Assembly: GCA_031370645.1 (NCBI GenBank)
Contig: JANMQV010000152.1
Span: 97,020-161,019, forward strand
DNA length: 64,000 bases
Source: Candidatus Eiseniibacteriota bacterium
GTDB taxonomy: Bacteria; Eisenbacteria; RBG-16-71-46; SZUA-252
Reading direction: 5' to 3'
Of the stretch, positions 37,222 through 46,800 are shown one piece after another (position 1 is the stretch's first letter; each line of letters starts with the position of its first letter). Position numbers and translations under genes: made by a program. Below the pieces are notes generated by a model. It saw only the letters and a list, made by a program, of their open reading frames with translations, made no database searches and was not told the origin of the DNA.

Positions 37222-37697
37222 GCCTTCGCGGCATGATTCAAGAACTGCTGCAGATCATGAAGGACGAGAACCTTGCGGAGATCGAAGTGCGCCGCTGGTT
37301 CACGACGATCCGCCTCCGGCGCCCGGGCGCGGAGCATGTCGCCGTGAGCGCTCCGGTTCAGCCCGCGCCGTCCGCGCTGGCGGGTTCCGCGGCGGCGACC
37401 ACGGCCGCGGTATCGGACGCGCCGCACGCGGCGGACGCGTCGAAGAATCTCGTCCCGATCCGATCGCCGATGGTCGGAACCTTCTATCGCTCCCCGGCGC
37501 CCGACGCCGACCCGTACATCGAGGTGAACAGCCCGGTCGACGTGGGGCAGACCGTCTGCATCGTCGAAGCGATGAAGCTGATGAACGAAATCGAATCGGA
37601 AGTGCGCGGCCGCATTCATCAGGTGCTCGTGGAAAACGCGACGCCCGTGGAGTACGGCCAGGTGCTCTTCCTGGTGGAAGTGGATCGCGCGGCGTAG
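37218..37697 (+). CDS. accB: acetyl-CoA carboxylase biotin carboxyl carrier protein
   Basis: Biotinylation motif [15 protein letters not shown]. Ala/Pro-rich linker. Confidence 0.93.
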   Translation: MSLRGMIQELLQIMKDENLAEIEVRRWFTTIRLRRPGAEHVAVSAPVQPAPSALAGSAAATTAAVSDAPHAADASKNLVPIRSPMVGTFYRSPAPDADPYIEVNSPVDVGQTVCIVEAMKLMNEIESEVRGRIHQVLVENATPVEYGQVLFLVEVDRAA

Positions 37698-37715
37698 GCC
37701 GCGCCGGAGGGTGGG

Positions 37716-38837
37716 ATGAACGTCAAACGCGTGCTGCAGAAGGTGGTCGAGATGAAGGCCTCGGACCTGCACGTCAAGGTCGGCACCAAGCCGATCGCGC
37801 GCGTGAACGGCGAGTTGGTCATGATCGACGAGCCGGCGCCGACTCAGGCGGACCTCGACACCGTGGTGGATCAGATCCTCACGGGGAAACAGAAACGGGT
37901 GTTCGAGGAGACGAAGGAGATCGACTTCGCCTTCGGCGTCACGGGGCTCGCCCGCTTTCGCACGAACTTCTACCAGCAGCGCGGCACGACCGCGATGGTC
38001 TTCCGGCAGGTGCCGGCCAACGTTCCGGCGTTCGAGGATCTGAACCTTCCGACGATTATCGAAGACGTGGCGTCGCGGCAGCGCGGGCTGATTCTCGTCT
38101 GCGGCACGGTCGGCTCGGGCAAGTCGACGACGCTCGCCGCCATGCTCGACAGTGTGAACCGCCGCGAGGCGAAGAACATCATCACCATCGAGGACCCGGT
38201 CGAGTTCCTCTTCCGAGACAAGAAGTCGTGCATCTCCCAGCGCGAGGTCGGGCTCGATACCGAGACGTTCCACGAGGGGCTGAAGCACATCCTCCGCCAG
38301 GATCCCGACGTCATCATGATCGGTGAAATCCGGGACGCGGAGACGATGCGGACCGCCCTCATGGCGGCCGACACCGGGCACCTTGTCTTCTCCACGCTCC
38401 ACACGATCGACGCCGCGCAGACGGTGAACCGAATCATCTCCTTCTTCCCGCCGCACCAGCACGAGGAGATCCGCTACCTCCTGGCCGGGACGCTCCAAGC
38501 GGTGATCGCGCTCCGACTCATTCCGCGCTCGGACGTTGAAGGACGCGTGCCGGCGTGCGAAGTGATGCTCGTCACTTCCACGATCCGCGAGTACCTGCGC
38601 GATCCCGAGAAGACATCGCTCATCTCGAGCGCCATCGCCGACGGCGTGTCGCAGTACAACATGCAGTCGTTCGACCAGTCGATCATGCGCTTCTACACGG
38701 AAGGGAAGATCACCCTCGAAAACGCGCTTCGTTACTCGTCGAATCCGACCGAGTTCGAACTGCGCGTGAAGGGGATCCACGCCACCTCGGACGAATCATG
38801 GAAGACGTTCGAGGCGAAGGTAGAGCCGGCCTCCTAG
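37716..38837 (+). CDS. pilT: type IV pilus retraction ATPase, PilT/PilU family
   Basis: ASDLHVKVG, Walker A GTVGSGKSTT, Asp box/Walker B DPDVIMIGEIRD, His box TGHLVFSTLHT. The AIRNLIRE motif is degenerate (STIREYLRD). Confidence 0.88.
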   Translation: MNVKRVLQKVVEMKASDLHVKVGTKPIARVNGELVMIDEPAPTQADLDTVVDQILTGKQKRVFEETKEIDFAFGVTGLARFRTNFYQQRGTTAMVFRQVPANVPAFEDLNLPTIIEDVASRQRGLILVCGTVGSGKSTTLAAMLDSVNRREAKNIITIEDPVEFLFRDKKSCISQREVGLDTETFHEGLKHILRQDPDVIMIGEIRDAETMRTALMAADTGHLVFSTLHTIDAAQTVNRIISFFPPHQHEEIRYLLAGTLQAVIALRLIPRSDVEGRVPACEVMLVTSTIREYLRDPEKTSLISSAIADGVSQYNMQSFDQSIMRFYTEGKITLENALRYSSNPTEFELRVKGIHATSDESWKTFEAKVEPAS

Positions 38838-38861
38838 CGGCCGGCCGCCACGCCCCTTCCG

Positions 38862-40223
38862 ATGATCCAGAAGATCCTCGTCGCCAATCGCGGAGAAATC
38901 GCGCTCCGCGTCGTGCGCGCGGCGCGCGAGCTCGGTATCAAGACGGTCGCCGTCTACTCCGAGGCCGACCGGGAATCGCTTCACGTGCGGCTCGCCGACG
39001 AGGCCGTCTGCATCGGGCCGGCCCCCTCGTCCGCCTCCTATCTCTACATCCCCCGCATCATCAGCGCCGCCGAGATCACGGCGTGCGACGCCATTCATCC
39101 CGGCTACGGTTTCCTCTCCGAGAACGCGCACTTCGCCGAGATCTGCGAGTCGTGCAACATCCGCTTCATCGGCCCGACGTCGGAGATGATCCGGACGATG
39201 GGAGACAAGGCCGTCGCGCGGAAGACCGCCGTCGAGGCCGGCGTCCCCGTCACGCCGGGGAGCGCGGGCGTTCTGAATTCGCCCGAGGAGGCCGTGGACA
39301 CGGCGAAGGCGCTCGGCTACCCGGTCATCATCAAGGCGGCGGCGGGCGGAGGCGGGAAGGGAATGCGCGTGGCGCACGACGAGGCGTCGCTTCGAAACGG
39401 CGTCCTCACCGCGCAGGCGGAAGCCGAGGCGAACTTCGGATCGGGGCAGGTCTACCTGGAGCGCTACGTCGAGAAGCCGCGCCACATCGAATTCCAGATC
39501 ATCGGCGACCGGCAGGGGAACATCGTCCATCTCGGCGAGCGCGAGTGCTCCATTCAGCGCCGACATCAGAAACTGATCGAAGAGTCGCCGAGCGTGGCGT
39601 TGACGCCCGAGCTCCGGACGAAGATGGGGGAGGCGGCGGTTCGCGCCGCGGCCGCCATTCGCTACGAGAGCACCGGGACGATCGAATTTCTGCTCGCGCC
39701 GAACGGCGAGTTCTACTTCATGGAGATGAACACGCGCATCCAGGTGGAGCATCCGGTCACCGAGGAGGTCACGAAACTCGACCTCATCAAGGCGCAGATC
39801 GCCGTGGCGGCGGGGGAGCCGCTTCCCTGGAAGCAGTCGGAGATCACGTTCCAAGGGCACGCGCTCGAATGCCGGATCAACGCCGAGAGCGCCGACAAGA
39901 ATTTCCGTCCCTCGCCGGGTCTCGTGAAGTACTTCCACGCGCCCGGCGGTCCCGGCGTGCGCGTCGACAGTCACCTCTACTCCGGCTACACCGTGCCGCC
40001 CTACTACGATTCGATGGTGGCGAAGATCATCTGCTGGGGCCGCGACCGCGAGGAGTCGATCGCGCGGATGCGCCGCGCGCTCCTCGAGATCGTGGTCGAC
40101 GGCATCGAGACGACCATTCCGTTCCACCGCCGCATCCTGGATGACGAGGGGTTCCTGAAGGGGGACATCCACACCGGCTATCTGGAATCGTGGCTTCAGG
40201 CGAACGCGGCGGCGACGCCGTGA
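38862..40223 (+). CDS. accC: acetyl-CoA carboxylase biotin carboxylase subunit
   Basis: [42 protein letters not shown]. Confidence 0.95.
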   Translation: MIQKILVANRGEIALRVVRAARELGIKTVAVYSEADRESLHVRLADEAVCIGPAPSSASYLYIPRIISAAEITACDAIHPGYGFLSENAHFAEICESCNIRFIGPTSEMIRTMGDKAVARKTAVEAGVPVTPGSAGVLNSPEEAVDTAKALGYPVIIKAAAGGGGKGMRVAHDEASLRNGVLTAQAEAEANFGSGQVYLERYVEKPRHIEFQIIGDRQGNIVHLGERECSIQRRHQKLIEESPSVALTPELRTKMGEAAVRAAAAIRYESTGTIEFLLAPNGEFYFMEMNTRIQVEHPVTEEVTKLDLIKAQIAVAAGEPLPWKQSEITFQGHALECRINAESADKNFRPSPGLVKYFHAPGGPGVRVDSHLYSGYTVPPYYDSMVAKIICWGRDREESIARMRRALLEIVVDGIETTIPFHRRILDDEGFLKGDIHTGYLESWLQANAAATP

Positions 40224-40987
40224 CCCCCCGCGCGATCGGACGAATCGACCTCCACGACACGCCGCACGAAGTCGAGCGAGGGGCGCTCGAGAATCGGCAA
40301 CTCGTGGTGGTCGACGTGCTTCGGAGCTGCACCACGATCGCCACCGCGCTTCGAAACGGCGCCGCGAAGGTGATTCCGGTGGCGACGGTGGAAGAGGCGA
40401 TGCGCCTCGCGCAGACGATGGACGCGAAGCAGCGGCTCCTCTGCGGCGAGCGCGACGGCGAGAAGGTGAACGGCTTCGACCTCGGGAACTCCCCCCTCGA
40501 ATACGACAAGGCCCGCGTCGAAGGGAAGACGCTCCTCTTCGCCTCCACGAACGCGAGCCCGGTCATGGCGGGACTCTTGTCGGGATTCGAGCAGCGGCTT
40601 CTTGCCTACGTCAACGTGAGCGCGGTGGCGGACGCGGTGCGGAACGAGGGGGCGGATCTCACGATCGTCTGCTCCGGGCGAAACGGGCGCCTCTCGCTGG
40701 AGGATACGGCCTGCGCCGGAGCGCTCATTCGGCGCGTGATGGAGGGCGCGGGGAAGAGCGGTTCCGGCAAGGGGAGTGCGAAGCCGGAGTTGAACGACGC
40801 GGCCGAGATGGCGGCCGCCTACGACAAAGTCCACGGTGGCGATCCGGAGAAGATCCTCCGTCGGAGCGACCATGGGCGCTATCTCATCGAACTCGGATTC
40901 GAGGACGACCTGCCGCTCTGCGCGGCGGTCGATTCCGTGCCGGTCGTGCCGCTCCTGCGGGACGGGCGGATCACGAACGGCGGTTAG
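40220..40987 (+). CDS. 2-phosphosulfolactate phosphatase (ComB) family protein
   Basis: [31 protein letters not shown] 40220 forms a GTGA overlap with accC; alternative ATG at 40190. Confidence 0.7.
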   Translation: MTPRAIGRIDLHDTPHEVERGALENRQLVVVDVLRSCTTIATALRNGAAKVIPVATVEEAMRLAQTMDAKQRLLCGERDGEKVNGFDLGNSPLEYDKARVEGKTLLFASTNASPVMAGLLSGFEQRLLAYVNVSAVADAVRNEGADLTIVCSGRNGRLSLEDTACAGALIRRVMEGAGKSGSGKGSAKPELNDAAEMAAAYDKVHGGDPEKILRRSDHGRYLIELGFEDDLPLCAAVDSVPVVPLLRDGRITNGG

Positions 40988-41018
40988 CGCAGGGTCTCAT
41001 TCCAGCGCGCGATCCCGC

Positions 41019-42101
41019 TCATCCACCTCTCCTCGCTCGTCGGAAGAGCTCCAGCGCCAAGATGCCGAACACGAGATTCCCGAGCCATGCCGCGAGCATC
41101 GGCGGAAGCGCGCCGTTATGCCCGAGCGCCTGCCCCGTTCTGATGAGCGCGTAGTAGATGAAGGAGATGAAGACCGAAAGACCGAACGCGATCGCGAGCC
41201 CGCCGCGCCGGTTTCGAAGTGCGAGGGCCACGCCGATCAAGACGACGATCAGGTTCGTGAGCGGGAAGGAAATCTTGAGGTAGAGCTCCACGAGATACTT
41301 CTGCACGCGGCTCCCGCTCTGGTGGAGCCGGTCGATGTAGTTCTCGAGTTGCCAGTAGGAGAGTCCCTTCGGATCTTCTTCCGCTTCCGCGAAATCCTCG
41401 GGGCGCTCCTTCAATCCGGGAATCGTCAGCTCGTTGAACTGCGCGGCGGTCTCGCCGCCGCGATCGAAGCGCCGCGTGTAGCCGTTCCGGAAGACCCAGC
41501 GCCCCTTCTCCCACTTGCCCGTGGCGGCGTCGATGCGTCCCGTGAGGGCGTTCTCGCGCACTTCCTGGATCACGACCTCTCTCATCTCCTTCTGAGCGAT
41601 GAGATAGGAGCGAATGAGAAACGTCCGTCCGCCCGAGCCGAGGTACGCGAGATTCGTCCGCGCTTGCGGCCCCTCGAGGTTCTCCTTCTTGATCTCCCCC
41701 CGGTAGAGCCGAATTCGCCGCGCGTTCAAGTCGGGGAGGACCATCTCGTTCACCGTGAACGCGAGGAGGCTCACGATCACCGCCATGCCGATCAGCGGTG
41801 CGGCGATCCGCGCCGGGCCGAGCCCCGCCGTTCGCATGGCGTTCAATTCGTTCGTGCGTCCGAGTTGCCCCAGGGCGAGGAGGCACGAGAGAAGCATGGC
41901 CATCGGCAGCACCTGAAGCGCGATGCCGGGAACGCCCATGGCGTAATAGGCCGCCACGATGTGGGCGGGGACGTGATTGTCGAGGTAGGTGTCGATCTTC
42001 TCGAAGAGGTCGACCACGATGAAGACCACGACGAAGAAGACGAGCGCCGCGAAGAGGGCGGAGAGCGTTTCGCGAAGGACGTAGCGATCGAGGATCTTCA
42101 C
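41019..42101 (-). CDS. LptF/LptG-family (YjgP/YjgQ) LPS export permease; second of the pair, so LptG-like by order
   Basis: VKILDRYVLRETLSALFAALVFFVVVFIVVDLFEKID start is typical of the family. Six TMs around a periplasmic domain. GTG 42101; the upstream part of ORF 41019..42605 is Arg-rich read-through. Confidence 0.85.
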   Translation of the reverse strand: MKILDRYVLRETLSALFAALVFFVVVFIVVDLFEKIDTYLDNHVPAHIVAAYYAMGVPGIALQVLPMAMLLSCLLALGQLGRTNELNAMRTAGLGPARIAAPLIGMAVIVSLLAFTVNEMVLPDLNARRIRLYRGEIKKENLEGPQARTNLAYLGSGGRTFLIRSYLIAQKEMREVVIQEVRENALTGRIDAATGKWEKGRWVFRNGYTRRFDRGGETAAQFNELTIPGLKERPEDFAEAEEDPKGLSYWQLENYIDRLHQSGSRVQKYLVELYLKISFPLTNLIVVLIGVALALRNRRGGLAIAFGLSVFISFIYYALIRTGQALGHNGALPPMLAAWLGNLVFGILALELFRRARRGG

Positions 42102-43534
42102 GCGGGGGTCGCCGGGGCGTGAGGAGGCGTGGTGCGGCGGCGGCGCTTCGGACGCCGGATCACCTCGGCGGCCTGCAGCGTGAGGACGGCGCCGATCGCG
42201 CCGATGACGATGTTCGGCGCCCACATGGCGAACCAGGGGACGAGAATCCGCCGGTCCGCGAGCTCTTCTCCGCCGGCGAGGCAGAGGTAGTAGAAAACGA
42301 AGAAGAGGATCGAGAGAAACGCGACCGAAATTCCGCTCTTCCGCGCGCGCATGCCAAGCGGCGCCCCGACGAGCACGAAGACGAGGCAGGCGGCGGGGAT
42401 CGAGAACTTCTTCTGCACTTCCACCTCGAGGCTGTTCGCGCGGCGCTCGAGTCCGTCGATCTCCAACTGCCGCATCTGAATCAGATCCATCGTGACCGGC
42501 GAGATGACGCGGACCGCGCTCGTGCCGCCGTCGCGCGCTCGCTCGGGGAGCCCGGTGGCGATCACGCCGACCGATCCGAGGGCGCGAAGCGCGTTCCGGA
42601 GCCACGCCTGGATGCCCCGTGGCGCCGGGTGGGGCACCGCCGCGCGAACGAATTCGTCGTACGACTCGAAGCCGGCGCTCTCCAAAATCTGGTTTCGAAC
42701 CTCTTTCGCCGCGTCTAAGTCATGACGCACCAGCCGGATGGCCTCCTGCATCATGCCCAAGTTCATCTCCCGGTCGCCGCGGGCGGACTTGTTCCTCCGC
42801 TCCAGATCGGTCCCCGGTGACCGAATATTAATGAGGTGCGTCTTGAACATAAGCCGCCGGTAGGTCCGTTCGTCGTCGTTGGGCGGAACTTCGTGGATCT
42901 CGCCGTCGTGCAGCTCGAGCGTCATCACGCGGCCATCAGGCGTGTTGTGGATCCTTCCCCACTCGGCGAGGATCGTCGTGGGGCGCGCGGTGGTGTTCAA
43001 CTGATAGATCTTAACGCCCCGGATCTCGTTCGTCCGGCTGTTCACTTTTTCGACGAAGATGTTGTACCCCTCGAAGGCGTCGATGAAGACCCCTTCGGTG
43101 ATCTGCGCGGTGGGGCGCTTTCGGCTCACGTCGGACATGAGGCTCGCGAGCGCGTGATTCGACTCGGGCAGGACCAGGTTGTTGAAGAGGACCAGGAGCC
43201 CCGCGAGCACCGCGGCCGCGCCGAGTGGCGCGCCGATGATGCGCGCGAGATTCACGCCGGTCGAGCGCATGGCGGAAATCTCGTTGTCTTGCGAGAGGCG
43301 GCCGAACGCCGCGAGCGACGCGATGAGGACCGCGCAGGGGAACGCCAGCGCCACCATGTAGCCGAGGGAGAGGACGAAGAGTTCCAGGACGATCCCGAGG
43401 CTCACGCCCTTTCCGATGGCGAGATCGACGAGATCGAAGAGGAAATCGAGCGTCAACAAGAACACGACGATGCTGAACCCGATGAGAAACGGGAACAGGT
43501 GCTCGCGGAGGACGTAACGTTCGAGTATTCTCAT
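42098..43534 (-). CDS. LptF/LptG-family LPS export permease; first of the pair, LptF-like, with a ~100-aa extra helical segment
   Basis: MRILERYVLREHLFPFLIGFSIVVFLLTLDFLFDLVD start. ATG 43534. 478 aa, versus the roughly 360 aa I recall for E. coli LptF/G. Confidence 0.85.
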   Translation of the reverse strand: MRILERYVLREHLFPFLIGFSIVVFLLTLDFLFDLVDLAIGKGVSLGIVLELFVLSLGYMVALAFPCAVLIASLAAFGRLSQDNEISAMRSTGVNLARIIGAPLGAAAVLAGLLVLFNNLVLPESNHALASLMSDVSRKRPTAQITEGVFIDAFEGYNIFVEKVNSRTNEIRGVKIYQLNTTARPTTILAEWGRIHNTPDGRVMTLELHDGEIHEVPPNDDERTYRRLMFKTHLINIRSPGTDLERRNKSARGDREMNLGMMQEAIRLVRHDLDAAKEVRNQILESAGFESYDEFVRAAVPHPAPRGIQAWLRNALRALGSVGVIATGLPERARDGGTSAVRVISPVTMDLIQMRQLEIDGLERRANSLEVEVQKKFSIPAACLVFVLVGAPLGMRARKSGISVAFLSILFFVFYYLCLAGGEELADRRILVPWFAMWAPNIVIGAIGAVLTLQAAEVIRRPKRRRRTTPPHAPATPA

Positions 43535-43824
43535 TCGGGTCGCCGAGGCGAGCCCCGGCAGGTCTAGGCGCAGTATAGGGAGCCCCGCCGACCCGGCGCA
43601 ATCCTCTGGGTGGATTCCAACTCCTTCCGAGAGAATCGTTTCCGGTTCGAACTTCACCGTGCGAGAGGGGTACAAGGACTGTCGTCGGCCCCGAATTCCC
43701 CGGGGCCGTAGTGCGTGAAGGGATGCCCAACGCTCAACTCGTCAGCCGCACCAAGATCCGCCGCTCGCTGGTATGGCCCGGGGCGTGGCCCGGCCCGCCG
43801 GGGGCTCGCATCGGCGTGCCCGGA

Positions 43825-46800
43825 GTGAGGGGAGAGCGTCGGACCTCGATCGCGACGGGGGCGCTCCTCGTCGCCGCCGCCCTCCTCGCCATCGCGCCCC
43901 ACGCTGCCGCCGATCTTCGCTTCGACCCCCTCGACCCTCAAGCCCAGGCGGCCGATCCCACCGCCGAATCCATGCCGCCCGGATTTCCGAAAGGATGGCG
44001 GCTCACCGTCGAATCACCGATCCCGGGGACGTCGGCCTGGCAGACGCAGGTCGCCCTCGATCCCTCCACCGGCACCGTGCGCGAGCGCTATCGCGCCGGG
44101 AACGTGGAGGTTCGGGAGCCCCTCGTCGCACCGACTCTCGACTACAACGAACTCCTGACCGAACGGACCGAGCGACGGCTCTGGCGCGAGCGGACGAAGT
44201 CGACGCGCTCCGTGAACAAGACGGTAACCCGTCGAGGGGCCGGCCTCGTCTTCAAGTTTCCCCTGGTCCTTCCACCGGCAGTACGGAGCATCGTCGGTAA
44301 CGGCGCTCCTAGCATCGAGGTCTCCGGAAGCGAACGGATCTCCATTCTCGGCACGAGCGACTGGCTCGCTCGCGGCAATCTCTACCAGGGGATTTCCGGT
44401 GAGCGACAGCGCCAGGGCGCGTTCCCCGCCTTCGAAATGAAGCAGGAGCTGAGCGTCAACATGACCGGCTCCATCGGCGACAAGATCAAAGTCGACGTCG
44501 ATCAGTCGAGCAACGTCAGCACCAATCTCGACAACAAGGTGAAGCTCCGCTACGAAGGCGACGAAGACGACATGATCAAGACGATCGACCTCGGAAACAC
44601 GAACCTCTCGCTGCAGGGGGCGTCGCTTCGCCAGGAGGGGCTCTTCGGTATCAAGACCGCGGCGAAGATGGGGAATTTCGACGTCACCCTCATCGCGAGC
44701 AAGCAGGACGCGAAGACGGAGACGGCGCGCTTCACCCCCTCCGGCGAGAAGCGGGCGGTGAAGGTCACCGACATCGAATGCATTCGCCGGACCTATTACT
44801 TCATCGCCGATCACCCCATCGATGCGTCGGCGATGAACTTGATCGTCTACCGGGCCGACCCGTCCTACAACGCCACCTCCTTTCCCGGCGACGGGCGCCT
44901 CGATCCGACGTTGCCCGCCGACTCGATCTCGACTCCCGGAAACCCGCAGCAGTTCGGGCGCTGGTTGCCGCTCACCATCGGGCAGGACTACGACCTCATC
45001 TATCCCTACGTGCTGACGAACACGCCGGGAAACGTGAAGATTCCCGTGATTCGCCTGCGCGCACAACTCGGCACGTCCCAGATGCTCGGCGTCTCCTATT
45101 ACGACCTCGGAAGGCAGGTCCAGGTCGGCTTGACGGACAAGGTAGAGAACCTCGCTCTCGGAAAGCCGGCGGGAGAATACCTGCTCCTGAAAATGTTGAA
45201 GCCGCCCGAGGGCGAGTTCACGACGACCGCGAATGACCTCTTCGACCGGAACGCGCCCTGGTTCCCGGCGCTCGCGTACGAACTGCGGAATTTCTACGAT
45301 CTGGGCGGCCGAGAGATCGACCGTTCGTCGCTCTCGATCAAGGTGCGGAAGATCGACAACAGCCTCCCGACGCATCCGGACGAAGTGGGCGGCGTGCCGC
45401 TCGTGAGGATTCTCGGCCTCGACCACCAGGGAAAGGCGGGGAGCGACGAGCCGTTTCAGCCCGACGGCCTGGTGGACGACCAGTTCATCGATACCGACAC
45501 CGGCATCATGTTCTTTCCCGACCTCCACCCCTTCGCTCCCGACACGAGTGCCGCGTACCGCGCCCTCTGCGGTCCCGACGCGGGCGGATTTCTCTGCCTC
45601 GACAATTTGAAAACGAACACCCTCTGGGCCGATTCGAACTTCGTGAACCTGAACGTCTACTACGACCGGCAGCCCGATCCAGGGAAGGACGAGCGCTACT
45701 TCATCGACGCGGAGTTCAAGAGCAGCCAGCAGGGCTTCTATCTCGGCCGGTTCGGCATCTTGGAGAACTCCGAGCAGGTGAAGGTGGACGGCATCCCGCA
45801 GCGGCGCGTTTCCGACTATCGGATCGATTACGACACCGGGCTCCTCACCTTCACGAAGGCTCCCGGTCCGGAGCAGGTGATCACCGCCGACTTCTCCTAC
45901 GCGCCGGGCTTCGGCCAGGTGCAACGCTCCCTCGTCGGTTTCTCGGGCGGCTACAACCCGTCGTCGAATTTCTCCCTCTCCTCGAGCCTCCTTCGCGAGG
46001 CGCGCGGGGCGCAGGAGACGAACCCGAAGCTAGGCGAAGAGCCCGCGACCTCCATGCTCGGTGATTTCGGCGCGGTCATGTCGTTCCGGCCGTTCTGGAT
46101 GACGCGGCTCGCCGACCAGGTGCCCGGGATCACGACCGATCAGCAGTCGGCGCTCAACGTTCAGGGGAATTTCTCGGTCAGCCTTCCGAATCCGAACACG
46201 AAGGGCGAGGCCTACATCGACGACATGGAAGGGAACCGCGAGTCGAACACGATCGGCTTGGGGCGCCTCTCCTGGTTCTGGAGCAGCGTCCCCGTGAATC
46301 GGCAGAAGCCGCGAAAGGCCGGCTTGCCCCCCGCCGATTCGATCGCGAACGCAGCCCTCACGCCTGTCTCGAGCCTCGTCACCGACCACGCCCGGCTCGA
46401 GTGGTTCAATCCGCGCCCCGACGGCCCCACCGCCGCGCAAGAGTGGGACATCAAGCCGGTCTTGAAACAGTCGGAGGGGGGGGACAACAACCACCAGGTG
46501 CTCGAGCTGAACGTGAGAGCACCCGATGACACCACGCTGATCGACAGCGCCGATTGGACCGGAATCACGCAATCGCTCTCCACGGTGGGACAGGACTTCT
46601 CTCGCGTCCGCTTCGTGGAGGTCTGGGTGAATGACTTCACGAAGGACCACGACTCCACGAAGGCGTACCTCCACTTGAGCCTCGGCCGGGTGAGCGAAGA
46701 CGCCTTCTGGAGCCCGAGCGAGGCGCCAAATCTAAAACTCGACACCGAGGATAAGAACTTCGACGGGAAGCTCGACTTGGGAAGCGGGGAAGACGACCCG

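Noticed and set aside
36825-38780. A 651-aa ORF on the minus strand, antisense to aroQ/accB/pilT. Many similar long antisense or alternative-frame ORFs exist, e.g. 222-1256, 3252-4445, 4495-5535, 19643-21154, 21715-23235, 26025-27659, 44014-45924, 46732-48348, 52749-55229, 55789-57003, 56777-58189, 59459-60631, 60734-61978 and 61476-62807.
   Set aside because: The translations are Arg/Asp/Glu/His/Leu/Gly-rich with no recognisable motifs. Each lies exactly opposite, or out of frame with, genes carrying strong family signatures. In GC-rich DNA, non-coding frames are depleted of stop codons, so such shadow ORFs are expected.
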